From positions 1 to 64,000 of the IMG/VR virus record IMGVR_UViG_3300046171_000252: a stretch of DNA of 64,000 nt. One strand, 5' to 3'. The notes beneath the pieces were generated by a model. The model had not been told where the DNA came from and searched no databases. It was given only the letters and a program-made list of their open reading frames with translations. This document shows, one piece after another, positions 1 through 10,300 of the stretch; positions within the stretch are counted from its first letter, which is position 1; every line of letters starts with the position of its first letter. The position numbers were made by a program, and so were the translations under genes.

Positions 1-2
1 CT

Positions 3-635
3 CTGAAGTCTCGTCGTCAGATGGCAGAGGGTTATATGTACAAACTCATTGAGATGAAAGAAAAGGTCCGTGAGTTTGACTTTAAGTGGGCAGATAAGGA
101 TAAAGCACAACCAATTTTTTGGGAAGAAGGTGGACCCGGTGGTGGTTCCAAGAAACTGTGTTGGTTTGATTTAGATGAACTTACACTGTCTCATTATCTG
201 AAGTCTTCTGAACTTGAGATTCGTGATCGTCTTCACCAGATGCAACATCTAGATAAGATTCTTGATAAATTGATGGAAAAGAATGATGGCAAACCAGTCA
301 CCCGAGAACAATTCCTTGATGCTGATGGGCAGTATTGGGAAAGAAGATTTGCCGATCAGGCTATGGATGAAATGATCGCGGCACAAACTGGCATCTCTAT
401 TGGTAACCTACACAGTATGCGTCGTGCTTCTGCACCTGCAATTGTTGATAAGAGAAATGAACTGCCAGAAGGTTATATGCCTCTGAATAAGATTCTTGAA
501 AGTCCTCAAGGTAAGATGGACTTCCTGAATGATCTGCAGAAGAAAGTTCTCACAGGTATCCAAGAAGTTACTGGTGAAAATCTTGGTATGATTGCCGGTT
601 CTCCAGAAGAGGAGCAAAAGAAACTCCAAGGTTGA
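3..635 (+). CDS. Hypothetical protein, probably 5'-truncated by the window edge; upstream-most gene of the Kelch/modification locus in this window
   Basis: Frame is open from position 3 (LKSRRQ) into ATG 21 and stops at TGA 633-635; next gene starts at 637. Confidence 0.75.
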   Translation: MKSRRQMAEGYMYKLIEMKEKVREFDFKWADKDKAQPIFWEEGGPGGGSKKLCWFDLDELTLSHYLKSSELEIRDRLHQMQHLDKILDKLMEKNDGKPVTREQFLDADGQYWERRFADQAMDEMIAAQTGISIGNLHSMRRASAPAIVDKRNELPEGYMPLNKILESPQGKMDFLNDLQKKVLTGIQEVTGENLGMIAGSPEEEQKKLQG

Positions 636-636
636 T

Positions 637-1170
637 ATGAACCAGAAGATTATTGTTGCCGATGACTTTTATGATATCGCACATCCATATCATAAAGGCA
701 TCGTAGAAGGTGAACCAATTTTTACTGATGAAGCACCCCAGAAAATTTCACATCTTCTGGGTCGTGAGATAAAAGTAGAGAACTTATTTAATGAAGTTGC
801 TCCATCCAAGACTCCAAATCCAATCACTGCTAATCTTGCCTGTGATTGGATTGCGGTTATCTATCTGACGATGCCTGGTGATTGTGTATCACAAAGAGGC
901 ATGAGTTTTTATAGTCATTTAAGTACAGGATTTGATGCATTCCCTGATGAGTATGCCCGTCAGTTACATGGAATACAGACACAAGAAGACATTATGGCAA
1001 CATTTAATATTGATAATAGAGAAGAGTGGAAAGAATATTCTAATGTATATGTAAAATATAATCGTATTGTATTATTCGGTGCTGATTTATGGCATTCATA
1101 TGGTAAAGGTTTTGGTGAGCAACTAAATAACTCAATGATATACCAGAAGCTGTTAATACAAAATGCCTAG
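637..1170 (+). CDS. DUF6445-like 2OG-Fe(II) oxygenase-fold protein, HxD motif degenerate
   Basis: Paralog of 5899-6516 (IIVxDDFY, WxAVIY, KYNRxVLF, LWHS); ATG 637 follows the stop of ORF1; the HxD position reads TxN. Confidence 0.7.
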   Translation: MNQKIIVADDFYDIAHPYHKGIVEGEPIFTDEAPQKISHLLGREIKVENLFNEVAPSKTPNPITANLACDWIAVIYLTMPGDCVSQRGMSFYSHLSTGFDAFPDEYARQLHGIQTQEDIMATFNIDNREEWKEYSNVYVKYNRIVLFGADLWHSYGKGFGEQLNNSMIYQKLLIQNA

Positions 1171-4100
1171 AGGAATATTTAGATTAAAACAGGTATATGA
1201 AGAGCAGTTATCTGGTAACTGGTCTGAGAAAAAAGATGTCTGGAATACTCCGAGTCCTTTTAATGCCACACATCCTTTTGGTTACTTTGGTGGTGGTCGT
1301 GCTCCAAGTGTAGTATCAACAGTAGATCGTATTGATTATTCTAATGATACGGCAACGGCATCACTAAAAGGACCATTAAGTGCTGCTATAAGCATTACGG
1401 GAGCAACAGGTAATGCCAACTTCGGTTACCATGGTGGTGGTTATCCTGGTCCAGTAGTATCAACAGTAGATCGTATTGATTATACTAATGATACTGCAAC
1501 TGCATCAACAAAAGGACCATTAAGTGTTGCTAGATATGCTCCAGCAGCAACCGGCAATACTTCCTTTGGTTACTTTGGTGGTGGTTATGCTGGTGGTGGT
1601 GTGTCAACAGTAGACCGTGTAGATTATTCTAATGATACTGGAACAGCACCAGCAAAAGGTCCATTAAGTGTTATCAGACACTATCATGGAGCAACAGGTA
1701 ATGCAGACTTTGGTTACTTTGGTGGTGGTTCTGGACCAAAATCATCAGTAGACCGTATTGATTACTCTAATGACACTGCAACAGCATCACCAAAAGGGCC
1801 ATTAAGTCTTGCTAGAGGTGGTCCAGCAGCAACAGGAAATTCATCCTTTGGATACTTTGGTGGTGGTTATCCTGGTCCAAGATCAACAGTAGATCGTATT
1901 GATTATTCTAATGACACTGCCACAGCAGTAGCAAAAGGACCATTAAGTAGTGCTAGATATTCACAGGGAGCAACGGGTAGTGCTTCCTTTGGTTATTTTG
2001 GTGGTGGCGAACCTGGTCCAGCAGTATCAAATGTAGACCGCATTGATTACTCTAATGATACGGCAACAGCATCACCAAAAGGACCATTGAATGTTGCTAG
2101 ATTTATGGCTGCAGCAACAAGTTCTCAGGCTAATGGAATCACGGATGAAACATTATTCCCGGCACCAACAGTAAGAGAAAATGTAGCACCACAAGGAACT
2201 GACTTTGGTTACTTTGGTGGTGGTAGAACTCCTGGTACTGTATCGACAGTAAACCGTATTGATTACTCTAATGATACGGCAACGGCATCAACAAAAGGAC
2301 CATTAAGTAGTGCTAGATATGGTTTAGCAGCAACAGGTAATGCTCCATTTGGATACTTTGCTGCTGGTAATCCTTCAAGTGCAGTATCAACAGTAGATCG
2401 TATTGATTACTCTAATGACACCGCAACGGCATCAGTCAAAGGACCATTAAGTGCTGTTAGTCCTGGTAGTGCTGCTAGTTTAGGCAATTCTAATTTTGGT
2501 TATTTTGCTGCTCCTTCTGCTACATCAACAGTAGAACGTATAGATTATTCTGATGACACTGCCACGGCATTAGTCAGAGGACCATTAAGTGTTTCCAAAT
2601 ATTCTAGAGCAGGAACAGGTAATGCTAATTTTGGATATGTTGGCGGTGGTGGTCCTGCAACATCGATAGTAGACCGTATTGATTACTCTAACGATACTGC
2701 TACAGCATCACCAAAAGGTCCATTAAGTCTTGCTAGAATATCTTTGGCAGCAACAGGTAATGCTTCATTCGGATACTTTGGTGGTGCTTTCCCCGGTCCA
2801 CATTCAACAGTAGACCGTATTGATTATTCTAATGACACCGCAACGGCATCACCTAAAGGACCATTGAGTTCTGCTAGAGGTCAATTTGCAGCAACAGGTA
2901 ATGCTGACTTTGGTTACTTTGGTGCAGGTTATGATGATAATCCTAATCGTGTGTCAACTGTGGACCGTGTTGATTACTCCAATGATACAGCAACGGCAGT
3001 GGCAAAAGGACCATTAAGTCAGGTTGTGATGAATCATGGAGCATGTAGTTCCAGAGCAAATGCAATCCCACTCAAAGGAACTGGTAACTTAGAAGTTCCA
3101 GTCTTAATGGGTGCTTTTAATGTCATAACACCACAAGGAACTGATTTTGGATACTTTGGTGGTGGACTTGCTCCCAGTTCTAGCTCATCAGTAGACCGTA
3201 TTGATTACTCTAATGACACTGCAACGGCAGCAGAAAAAGGACCATTCAGTGTTACTAGATATGGTGCGGCAGCAACAGGAAACCAATCATTCGGTTACTT
3301 TGCTGGTGGTCATGGTCCATTATCATCAGTAGACCGTATTAATTACTCTAACGATACCGCAACGGCATTAGAAAGAGGACCATTAACTGCTGGTAAACGA
3401 TACTATGGAGCAACTGGTAATTCATCTTTTGGTTACTTTGGTGGTGGGTCTGGTTCTGGTGGTGTTATATCATCAGTAGACCGTATTGATTACTCTAATG
3501 ACACTGCGACAGCAGTAGCAAAAGGACCATTAAGTGCTGCTAAGTATGTCACAGGAGCAACAGGTAATGCCAACTTTGGATATATTGGTGGTGGATTTGA
3601 TAATCCTAATCTCTATTCAACAGTAGAACGCATTGATTACTCTAATGACACCGCAACAGCATCACCAAAAGGACCATTAAGTGTTGCTAGACGGAGACTA
3701 GCAGCAACAGGTAATGCAGACTTTGGTTACTTTGGTGGTGGTAATGATCCCGAGCAGTCAACAGTAGATCGTGTTGATTATTCTAACGATACCGCAACAG
3801 CACCAGCAAAAGGACCATTAAGTCTTGCTAGAGCATACTTAGCAGCAACCGGTAATGCTTCTTTTGGTTACTTTGGTGGTGGTGAATCAGCACCTGGTCC
3901 AGGTGCAAGATCAACAGTAGATCGTGTTGATTATTCTAGTGATACTGCAACAGCAGCAGCAAAAGGACCATTAAGTGTTACTAGAAGATATTTTAGAGCA
4001 ACAAGTTCCAGAGACAATGCAATCCCAACTCAAAATATTGTAAATTATGCGATAGGAACTCTAGCAACTCCTAACACCGGTTACTTTGCTGGAGGTATGG

Positions 4101-5869
4101 CTGGTCCAGTATCAACAGTAGATCGTATTGATTATTCTAATGACACTGCAACAGCAACAGTAAAAGGATCATTAAGTGTTACTAGACGTGGAGTGGCAGG
4201 GACAGGTAATGCTTCCTTTGGTTATTTTGGTTGTTCTTATCCTGCTATATCAACAGTAGATCGTATTGATTATTTGAATGATACTACAACAGCATCACCT
4301 AAAGGACCGTTAACTGTTGCTAGAGCTTCTGGGGGAGCAACAGGTAATGCTAACTTTGGTTATTTTGGTGGTGGCAGTCCTAGTCCTGCAACAGTAGACC
4401 GTATTGATTACTCTAATGATACTGCAACAGCAGTAGCAAAAGGACCATTAAGTGTTGGTAGAAGATTATTAGGAGCAACAGGCAATAGTTCTTTTGGTTA
4501 CTTTGGTGGTGGTGTTCCTAATACAACAATAGTAGATCGTATTGATTATTCTAATGATACGGCAACGGCATCACCAAAAGGAACATTAACTGCTGTTAAA
4601 AGAAGAATAGCAGCAACAGGTAATGCTGACTTTGGATACTTTGGTGGTGGTGGTCCTAGTGCAGTATCAACAGTAGATCGTATTGATTATTCTAATGATA
4701 CTGCGACAGCATCACCAAAAGGACCATTAAGTGCTGCTAAACAATACACGGCAGCAACAGGAAACTCTAACTTTGGTTACTTTGGTGGTGGTGATCCTGG
4801 TCCAATGTCAACAGTAGACCGTATTGATTACTCTAATGATACTGCAACAGCATCAGTCAAAGGACCATTGAGTGCTGCTAGAAAATACTTTGCAGCATCA
4901 AGTGCCAGAGCCAATGGATTTACTGTAGTCGGTCCAGCACTGGTTTCTAATGCTGCTGCAATGGCAGTGCCTAATGCAAGATCATTTGGTTACTTTGGTG
5001 GTGGTCTTCCCAGTCAACCTACATCAAAAGTAGAACGTATTGATTATTCTAATGATACTGCAACAGCATCAGTCAAAGGACCATTAACTGATGTTGGGTA
5101 TGGTTTAGCAGCAACAGGTAATAGTTTCTTCGGTTACTTTGCTGGTGGTCAAGCTCCTTCTCCTGGTCCAACATCAAAAGTAGACCGTCTTGATTATTCT
5201 AATGACACTGCAACAGCAGTAGCAAAAGGACCATTAAGTGCAGTTGTATATAAAAATCGTGCAACTGGTAATAGTTCTTTTGGATATAATGGTGGTGGCA
5301 GAAACCCTTCTTCTGTACTATCAACAGTAGACCGTATTGATTATTCTAATGATACTGCAACAGCAGCAGTCAAAGGACCATTAAGTGTTGCTAGATATAG
5401 TCACGCAGCAACAGGTAATAGTTCTTTTGGATATTTTGCTGCTGGTCGTACTCCTACTACAAAATCAACAGTAGATCGTATTGATTACTCTAATGATACT
5501 GGAACAACACCATCAAAAGGACCATTAAGTGTTGCTAGATTTAATTTAGCAGCAACCGGCAATGCTGACTTTGGATACTTTGGTGGTGGCAGTAATCCCG
5601 AGTATTCAACAGTAGACCGCATTGATTATTCTAATGACACGGCAACGGCAGCAGTCAAAGGACCATTGAGTGCCGCTAAAACTTACTTTTCAGCAACAGG
5701 CAATGCTTCCTTTGGATACTTTGGTGGTGGTACTCCTGGTTCAGTATCAACAGTACAACGTATTGATTACTCTAATGATACTGCAACGGCATCAGTAAGA
5801 GGACCATTAAGTTCTGTTACACAAAGACAAGCAGGAGTGTCAGCAGCAGCAAATGGACTTCCACAATAG
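1163..5869 (+). CDS. Giant Kelch-like repeat protein, 1568 aa, 30 blades in five predicted 6-bladed beta-propellers
   Basis: 30 copies of the ~45-aa unit GYFGGG..STVDRIDYSNDTATA.KGPL..AR...AATGN (Kelch pattern GG...R), in groups of six separated by four unique linkers. Confidence 0.85.
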   Translation: MPRGIFRLKQVYEEQLSGNWSEKKDVWNTPSPFNATHPFGYFGGGRAPSVVSTVDRIDYSNDTATASLKGPLSAAISITGATGNANFGYHGGGYPGPVVSTVDRIDYTNDTATASTKGPLSVARYAPAATGNTSFGYFGGGYAGGGVSTVDRVDYSNDTGTAPAKGPLSVIRHYHGATGNADFGYFGGGSGPKSSVDRIDYSNDTATASPKGPLSLARGGPAATGNSSFGYFGGGYPGPRSTVDRIDYSNDTATAVAKGPLSSARYSQGATGSASFGYFGGGEPGPAVSNVDRIDYSNDTATASPKGPLNVARFMAAATSSQANGITDETLFPAPTVRENVAPQGTDFGYFGGGRTPGTVSTVNRIDYSNDTATASTKGPLSSARYGLAATGNAPFGYFAAGNPSSAVSTVDRIDYSNDTATASVKGPLSAVSPGSAASLGNSNFGYFAAPSATSTVERIDYSDDTATALVRGPLSVSKYSRAGTGNANFGYVGGGGPATSIVDRIDYSNDTATASPKGPLSLARISLAATGNASFGYFGGAFPGPHSTVDRIDYSNDTATASPKGPLSSARGQFAATGNADFGYFGAGYDDNPNRVSTVDRVDYSNDTATAVAKGPLSQVVMNHGACSSRANAIPLKGTGNLEVPVLMGAFNVITPQGTDFGYFGGGLAPSSSSSVDRIDYSNDTATAAEKGPFSVTRYGAAATGNQSFGYFAGGHGPLSSVDRINYSNDTATALERGPLTAGKRYYGATGNSSFGYFGGGSGSGGVISSVDRIDYSNDTATAVAKGPLSAAKYVTGATGNANFGYIGGGFDNPNLYSTVERIDYSNDTATASPKGPLSVARRRLAATGNADFGYFGGGNDPEQSTVDRVDYSNDTATAPAKGPLSLARAYLAATGNASFGYFGGGESAPGPGARSTVDRVDYSSDTATAAAKGPLSVTRRYFRATSSRDNAIPTQNIVNYAIGTLATPNTGYFAGGMAGPVSTVDRIDYSNDTATATVKGSLSVTRRGVAGTGNASFGYFGCSYPAISTVDRIDYLNDTTTASPKGPLTVARASGGATGNANFGYFGGGSPSPATVDRIDYSNDTATAVAKGPLSVGRRLLGATGNSSFGYFGGGVPNTTIVDRIDYSNDTATASPKGTLTAVKRRIAATGNADFGYFGGGGPSAVSTVDRIDYSNDTATASPKGPLSAAKQYTAATGNSNFGYFGGGDPGPMSTVDRIDYSNDTATASVKGPLSAARKYFAASSARANGFTVVGPALVSNAAAMAVPNARSFGYFGGGLPSQPTSKVERIDYSNDTATASVKGPLTDVGYGLAATGNSFFGYFAGGQAPSPGPTSKVDRLDYSNDTATAVAKGPLSAVVYKNRATGNSSFGYNGGGRNPSSVLSTVDRIDYSNDTATAAVKGPLSVARYSHAATGNSSFGYFAAGRTPTTKSTVDRIDYSNDTGTTPSKGPLSVARFNLAATGNADFGYFGGGSNPEYSTVDRIDYSNDTATAAVKGPLSAAKTYFSATGNASFGYFGGGTPGSVSTVQRIDYSNDTATASVRGPLSSVTQRQAGVSAAANGLPQ

Positions 5870-5902
5870 TATGCTATAATAAACAAAAGATTGATTATAT
5901 GA
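5840..5902 (+). repeat. 63-bp exact direct repeat, copy 1 (Kelch 3' end, stop, TGnTATAAT, ATG of next gene)
   Basis: Identical to 12029-12091 by direct comparison. Confidence 0.9.
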
Positions 5903-6516
5903 GACAAAATATTATTGTTGTTGATGACTTTTATGATAATCCAGAAGAGGTCAGGAACTTTTCACTGAACGCAGAGTTTCCTGATCCTGGTGATGACTAT
6001 ACATATCCTGGAAAAAACTCAGAAGGTTCATATTATTCTGAAGAAATTCATAAAAAATTTGAGGATCTTGCCAAAGAACCACTCATTCCTGCAGATAAGA
6101 ATGGATACTTTCGTCTTTCATTAGAAAAAGATAAGTATAGACAAGACGTTCATGTAGATCCATCATGGGAATGGGGTGCCGTAATTTATATGTCCGACCC
6201 AAAGGATTGTGTTGATGAGGGTGGCACATCATTTTGGAGACATAATACTCTGAAGTATGAGAACATTCCCAAGACAGATTTTGAAGCACAGCATCACGGA
6301 TGGCCAACATACAAAGAGTGTTGGTGGACGATGGTCTATGGTGATGGACTAGATAGAGATAAATGGACACGATACTTTCTGTGTCCGATGAAGTATAATC
6401 GTTTAGTATTATTCAGAACTCATCTGTGGCACTCGCATAATTATAATTTTGGTGATACACTAGAGAATGGTCGTATGGTCCAGTTGTTCTTTTTTAATCC
6501 GGTGAAGGAGTGGTGA
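5899..6516 (+). CDS. DUF6445-like 2OG-Fe(II) oxygenase
   Basis: HVD iron-binding motif, GGTSFW, YNRLVLF..HLWHS distal His. Confidence 0.75.
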   Translation: MRQNIIVVDDFYDNPEEVRNFSLNAEFPDPGDDYTYPGKNSEGSYYSEEIHKKFEDLAKEPLIPADKNGYFRLSLEKDKYRQDVHVDPSWEWGAVIYMSDPKDCVDEGGTSFWRHNTLKYENIPKTDFEAQHHGWPTYKECWWTMVYGDGLDRDKWTRYFLCPMKYNRLVLFRTHLWHSHNYNFGDTLENGRMVQLFFFNPVKEW

Positions 6517-7349
6517 ATGAAAACATATCATTTTATGGCAGGTCTTCCACGATCCGGAAGCACCTTATTGAAGAGTTTGATTGATCAGAATCCAAATATT
6601 CATACTGAACCTGTGAGTTCTGTAATGGAATTGATGTATCATACGGAAGAATACTTTAAGCAATCAGAACAGTATCAGGGATATCAAAAACCACAGAATG
6701 CTCATAAGATTATCAGTAGTTTTATAGAGAATCAATATTATGAAAGAGAAGAAGAGATAATCATTGACCACTGCCGTGCCTGGCCAAATAATATAGAACG
6801 ATTAAAGACTTACATTACACCTAATCCAAAAATCATATGCCCTGTTCGTAATATCACAGAAGTATTGACTTCATTTATTACAATGATACATCGCAACTCC
6901 GATGAATTTAATTTTATTGATAAGGCACTGATTGATGGTGGGTTCAGTGTGGATGATGATAATCGTTGTCAGTATTTGATGGGTGATGAGGGTATTGTAG
7001 AGCAGGCACTATGGGCACAGTCTCAGGCATTCATCGGCACGATGATAAGTATTTGTTGATGGTTGAGTATGATGATCTAGTCAATACTCCAGAAGAAACG
7101 ATGAGAAGAATTTATAATTTCTTGGAGGTTGATTACTATCATCATGATTTTAATAATGTGCAGAATAATCATAGAGAAAGTGAAGACCAGTGGAACCTAA
7201 AGGATATGCATTATGTCCGTGATAAGGTCAAGAAAATATCAAAGAAACCCGAAGATGTTTTATCTCCTTTTATTCTAAATAGGTATAAGAAACTGGAATA
7301 CTGGAAGTATCCGGACAGCCCTTATTTGGTAAAAAATGGCAGTAACTAA
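6517..7349 (+). CDS. PAPS-dependent sulfotransferase, split by a -1 frameshift near 7035 (ORFs 6517-7059 and 7011-7349)
   Basis: N-terminal GLPRSGSTLL 5'-PSB loop, CPVRNITEVLTS 3'-PB motif, C-terminal VEYDDLV..PEETMRRIYNFL; the span of 833 nt is one base short of a whole-codon length. Confidence 0.85.
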
Positions 7350-10300
7350 TAGAAGAGGAATATTTTCATTACTTGATGTAAGAGAAAGACAGGGTGCCGG
7401 AGTTTGGTCCACGAAAGAAGATGTCTGGAATACTCCGAGTCCTTTTTTGGTGCCACAAGGATTTGCTACTGGATATTTTGCTGGCGGGGCATATACAATT
7501 TCAACAGTAGATCGTATTGATTACTCTAATGACACTGCAACGGCATCGGTAAAAGGACCATTAAGTGTTGGTAGAAATTCTCTAGGAGCAACAGGTAATA
7601 AGGACTTTGGTTACGTTGGTGGTGGTGCGAGTCCTTCTGTAGTATCAACAGTAGACCGCATTGATTATTCTAGTGATACTGGAACAACACCAGCAAAAGG
7701 ACCACTTAGTGATGTTAGAAGACGTCAAGCAGCAACAGGTAATGCTTCCTTCGGTTACTTTGGTGGTGGTACTCCATCATCACAGGTTAGATTAACAACA
7801 GTAGACCGCATTGATTACTCTAATGATACTGCAACGGCATCACCAAAAGGACCATTAAGTTCTGCTAGATCATACCATGCGGCAACAGGTAATTCTTCCT
7901 TTGGATACTTTGCTGGTGGTTCCACTCCAAGTAAAGTAACAACAGTAGACCGTATTGATTATTCTAATGACACGGCAACAGCATCAGTCAAAGGACCATT
8001 AAGTCTTGCTAGAGATACTTCGGGAGCAACAGGTAATGCTGATTTTGGTTACTTTGGTGCTGGTTATGGATCTAGCATATTTTCAACAGTAGATCGTATT
8101 GATTATTCTAATGATACTGCGACAGCAGCAGCAAAAGGACCATTGAGTGCTGTTAAAGCAGCTTTAGGAGCAACTGGTAATAGTTCCTTTGGATACTTTG
8201 GTGGTGGTTATCCTGGTCCTGCATATTCAACAGTAGACCGTATTGATTACTCTAATGACACCGCAACGGCAGTCAGTCAAAGGACCATTAAGTCTTGCTA
8301 GATCATTCATGAAAGCATTAAGTTCCAGAGCTAATGCAATTCCCGCAAAATTATTACAACCGGCACCAACAGTAAGAACGGGTGAGATAGCACCACAAGG
8401 AACTGACTTTGGTTACTTTGGTGGAGGTTATGATGGTTCTACTACCGTATCAACAGTAGACCGTATTGATTATTCTAATGACACTGCAACGACAGTGGCA
8501 AAAGGACCATTAAGTGTTGCTAAAAATGGTATGGGAGCAACAGGTAATGCTCCCTTTGGATATTTTGGTGGTGGTAGTCCTGGACCATTATCATCAGTAG
8601 ACCGTATTGATTACTCTAATGACACTCCAACGGCATCAGCAAAAGGACCATTGAGTGTTGCTAGATATTATTTGGCAGCAACAGGTAATAGTGATTTTGG
8701 TTATTTTGCTGGTGGTGATACGATTATTTCAACAGTAGATCGTGTTGATTATAATAATGACACTGCAACAGCAGCAGTAAAAGGACCATTGAGTACTGCT
8801 AGAGATGAATTAGCAGCAACAGGTAATACTTCTTTCGGTTACTTTGGTGGAGGTGCAACACCTACTGTAGTATCATCAATAGATCGCATTAATTATGCTA
8901 ATGATACTGCTACTGCATCACCAAAAGGACTATTGAGTCAAGGTAGAAAAGATTTAGCAGCAACAGGTAATGCTTCTTTTGGATACTTTGGTGGTGGAGC
9001 TTCTCCTAGTAATGTATCAACAGTAGATCGTATTGATTACTCTAATGATACTGCTACGGCATCACCTAAAGGATCATTGAGTACTGCTAAGTTTTTTCTA
9101 AGTGCAACAGGTGATCAGAACTTTGGTTATTTTGGTGGTGGTCTTAATCCTGCTCTAAGTCCGGCTAGAAAAACAACAGTAGATCGTATTGATTACTCTA
9201 ATGATACTGTAACAGCATCACCTAAAGGTTCATTAAACACTGAAAAAACTGCTTTAGGAGCATCAAGTTCCAGAGCCAATGCAATACCACTCAAAGGACC
9301 TGGTAACTTAGAAGTTCCAGTCTTAATGGGTGCTTTTAGTCGTAATTTGGGACCACAAGGAACTGATTTTGGTTATGTTGGTGGTGGTTATCCCGCAAAA
9401 TCAACAATAGAACGTATTGATTACTCTAGCGATACTTCAACTGCATCAGTAAGAGGACCATTAAGTCTTGCTAGATATTCTTTAGGAGCAACAGGTAATA
9501 GTTCTTTTGGTTACTTTGGTGGTGGATATACTTCTAGTAATGTATCAACAGTAGACCGTATTGATTATTCTAATGACTCTGCAGATGCAGTAGCAAAAGG
9601 ACCATTGACTAGTGCTAAAAGATATATGGGAACAACAGGTACTCAAAGTTTTGGTTACTTTGGTGGTGGTTATGATAATTCTACTCCTGTATTATCAACA
9701 GTAGATCGTATTGATTATAATAATGATACCAATACGGCATCACCAAAAGGACCATTAAGTGTCGCCAGATATGAATTAGCAGCAACAGGTAATCAATCAT
9801 TCGGTTACTTTGCTGGTGGTGGTCCTGGTCCAAAATCAACAGTAGATCGTATTGATTATTCTAATGATACGGCAACGGCAGCAGTCAAAGGACCATTAAG
9901 TGCTGCTAGATGGGTTGTAAGTGCAACGGGAAATGCTTCATTCGGTTACTATGGGGGTGGGGGACAACCTGGTACAAGTTCGAAAGTAGATCGTATTGAT
10001 TACTCTAATGATACTGCAACTTCAATAGAGAAGGGTCCATTAAGTATTGCTAGGGAGAGTATGTCGGCAACAGGTAATCAATCATTTGGTTACTTTGCTG
10101 GAGGATATACTCCGACAATATCAACGATAGATCGTATTGATTATTCTAATGACACTGCCACGGCATCAGTAAGAGGTCCATTAACTGAGGTTAAGGGATA
10201 CACAGCAGCAACAAGTTCCAGAGCCAATGGAATTCCGACTGAAAATATTGTAAATTATGCGGCAGGAACTCTAGGGACTCCTAACACCGGTTACTTTGGT

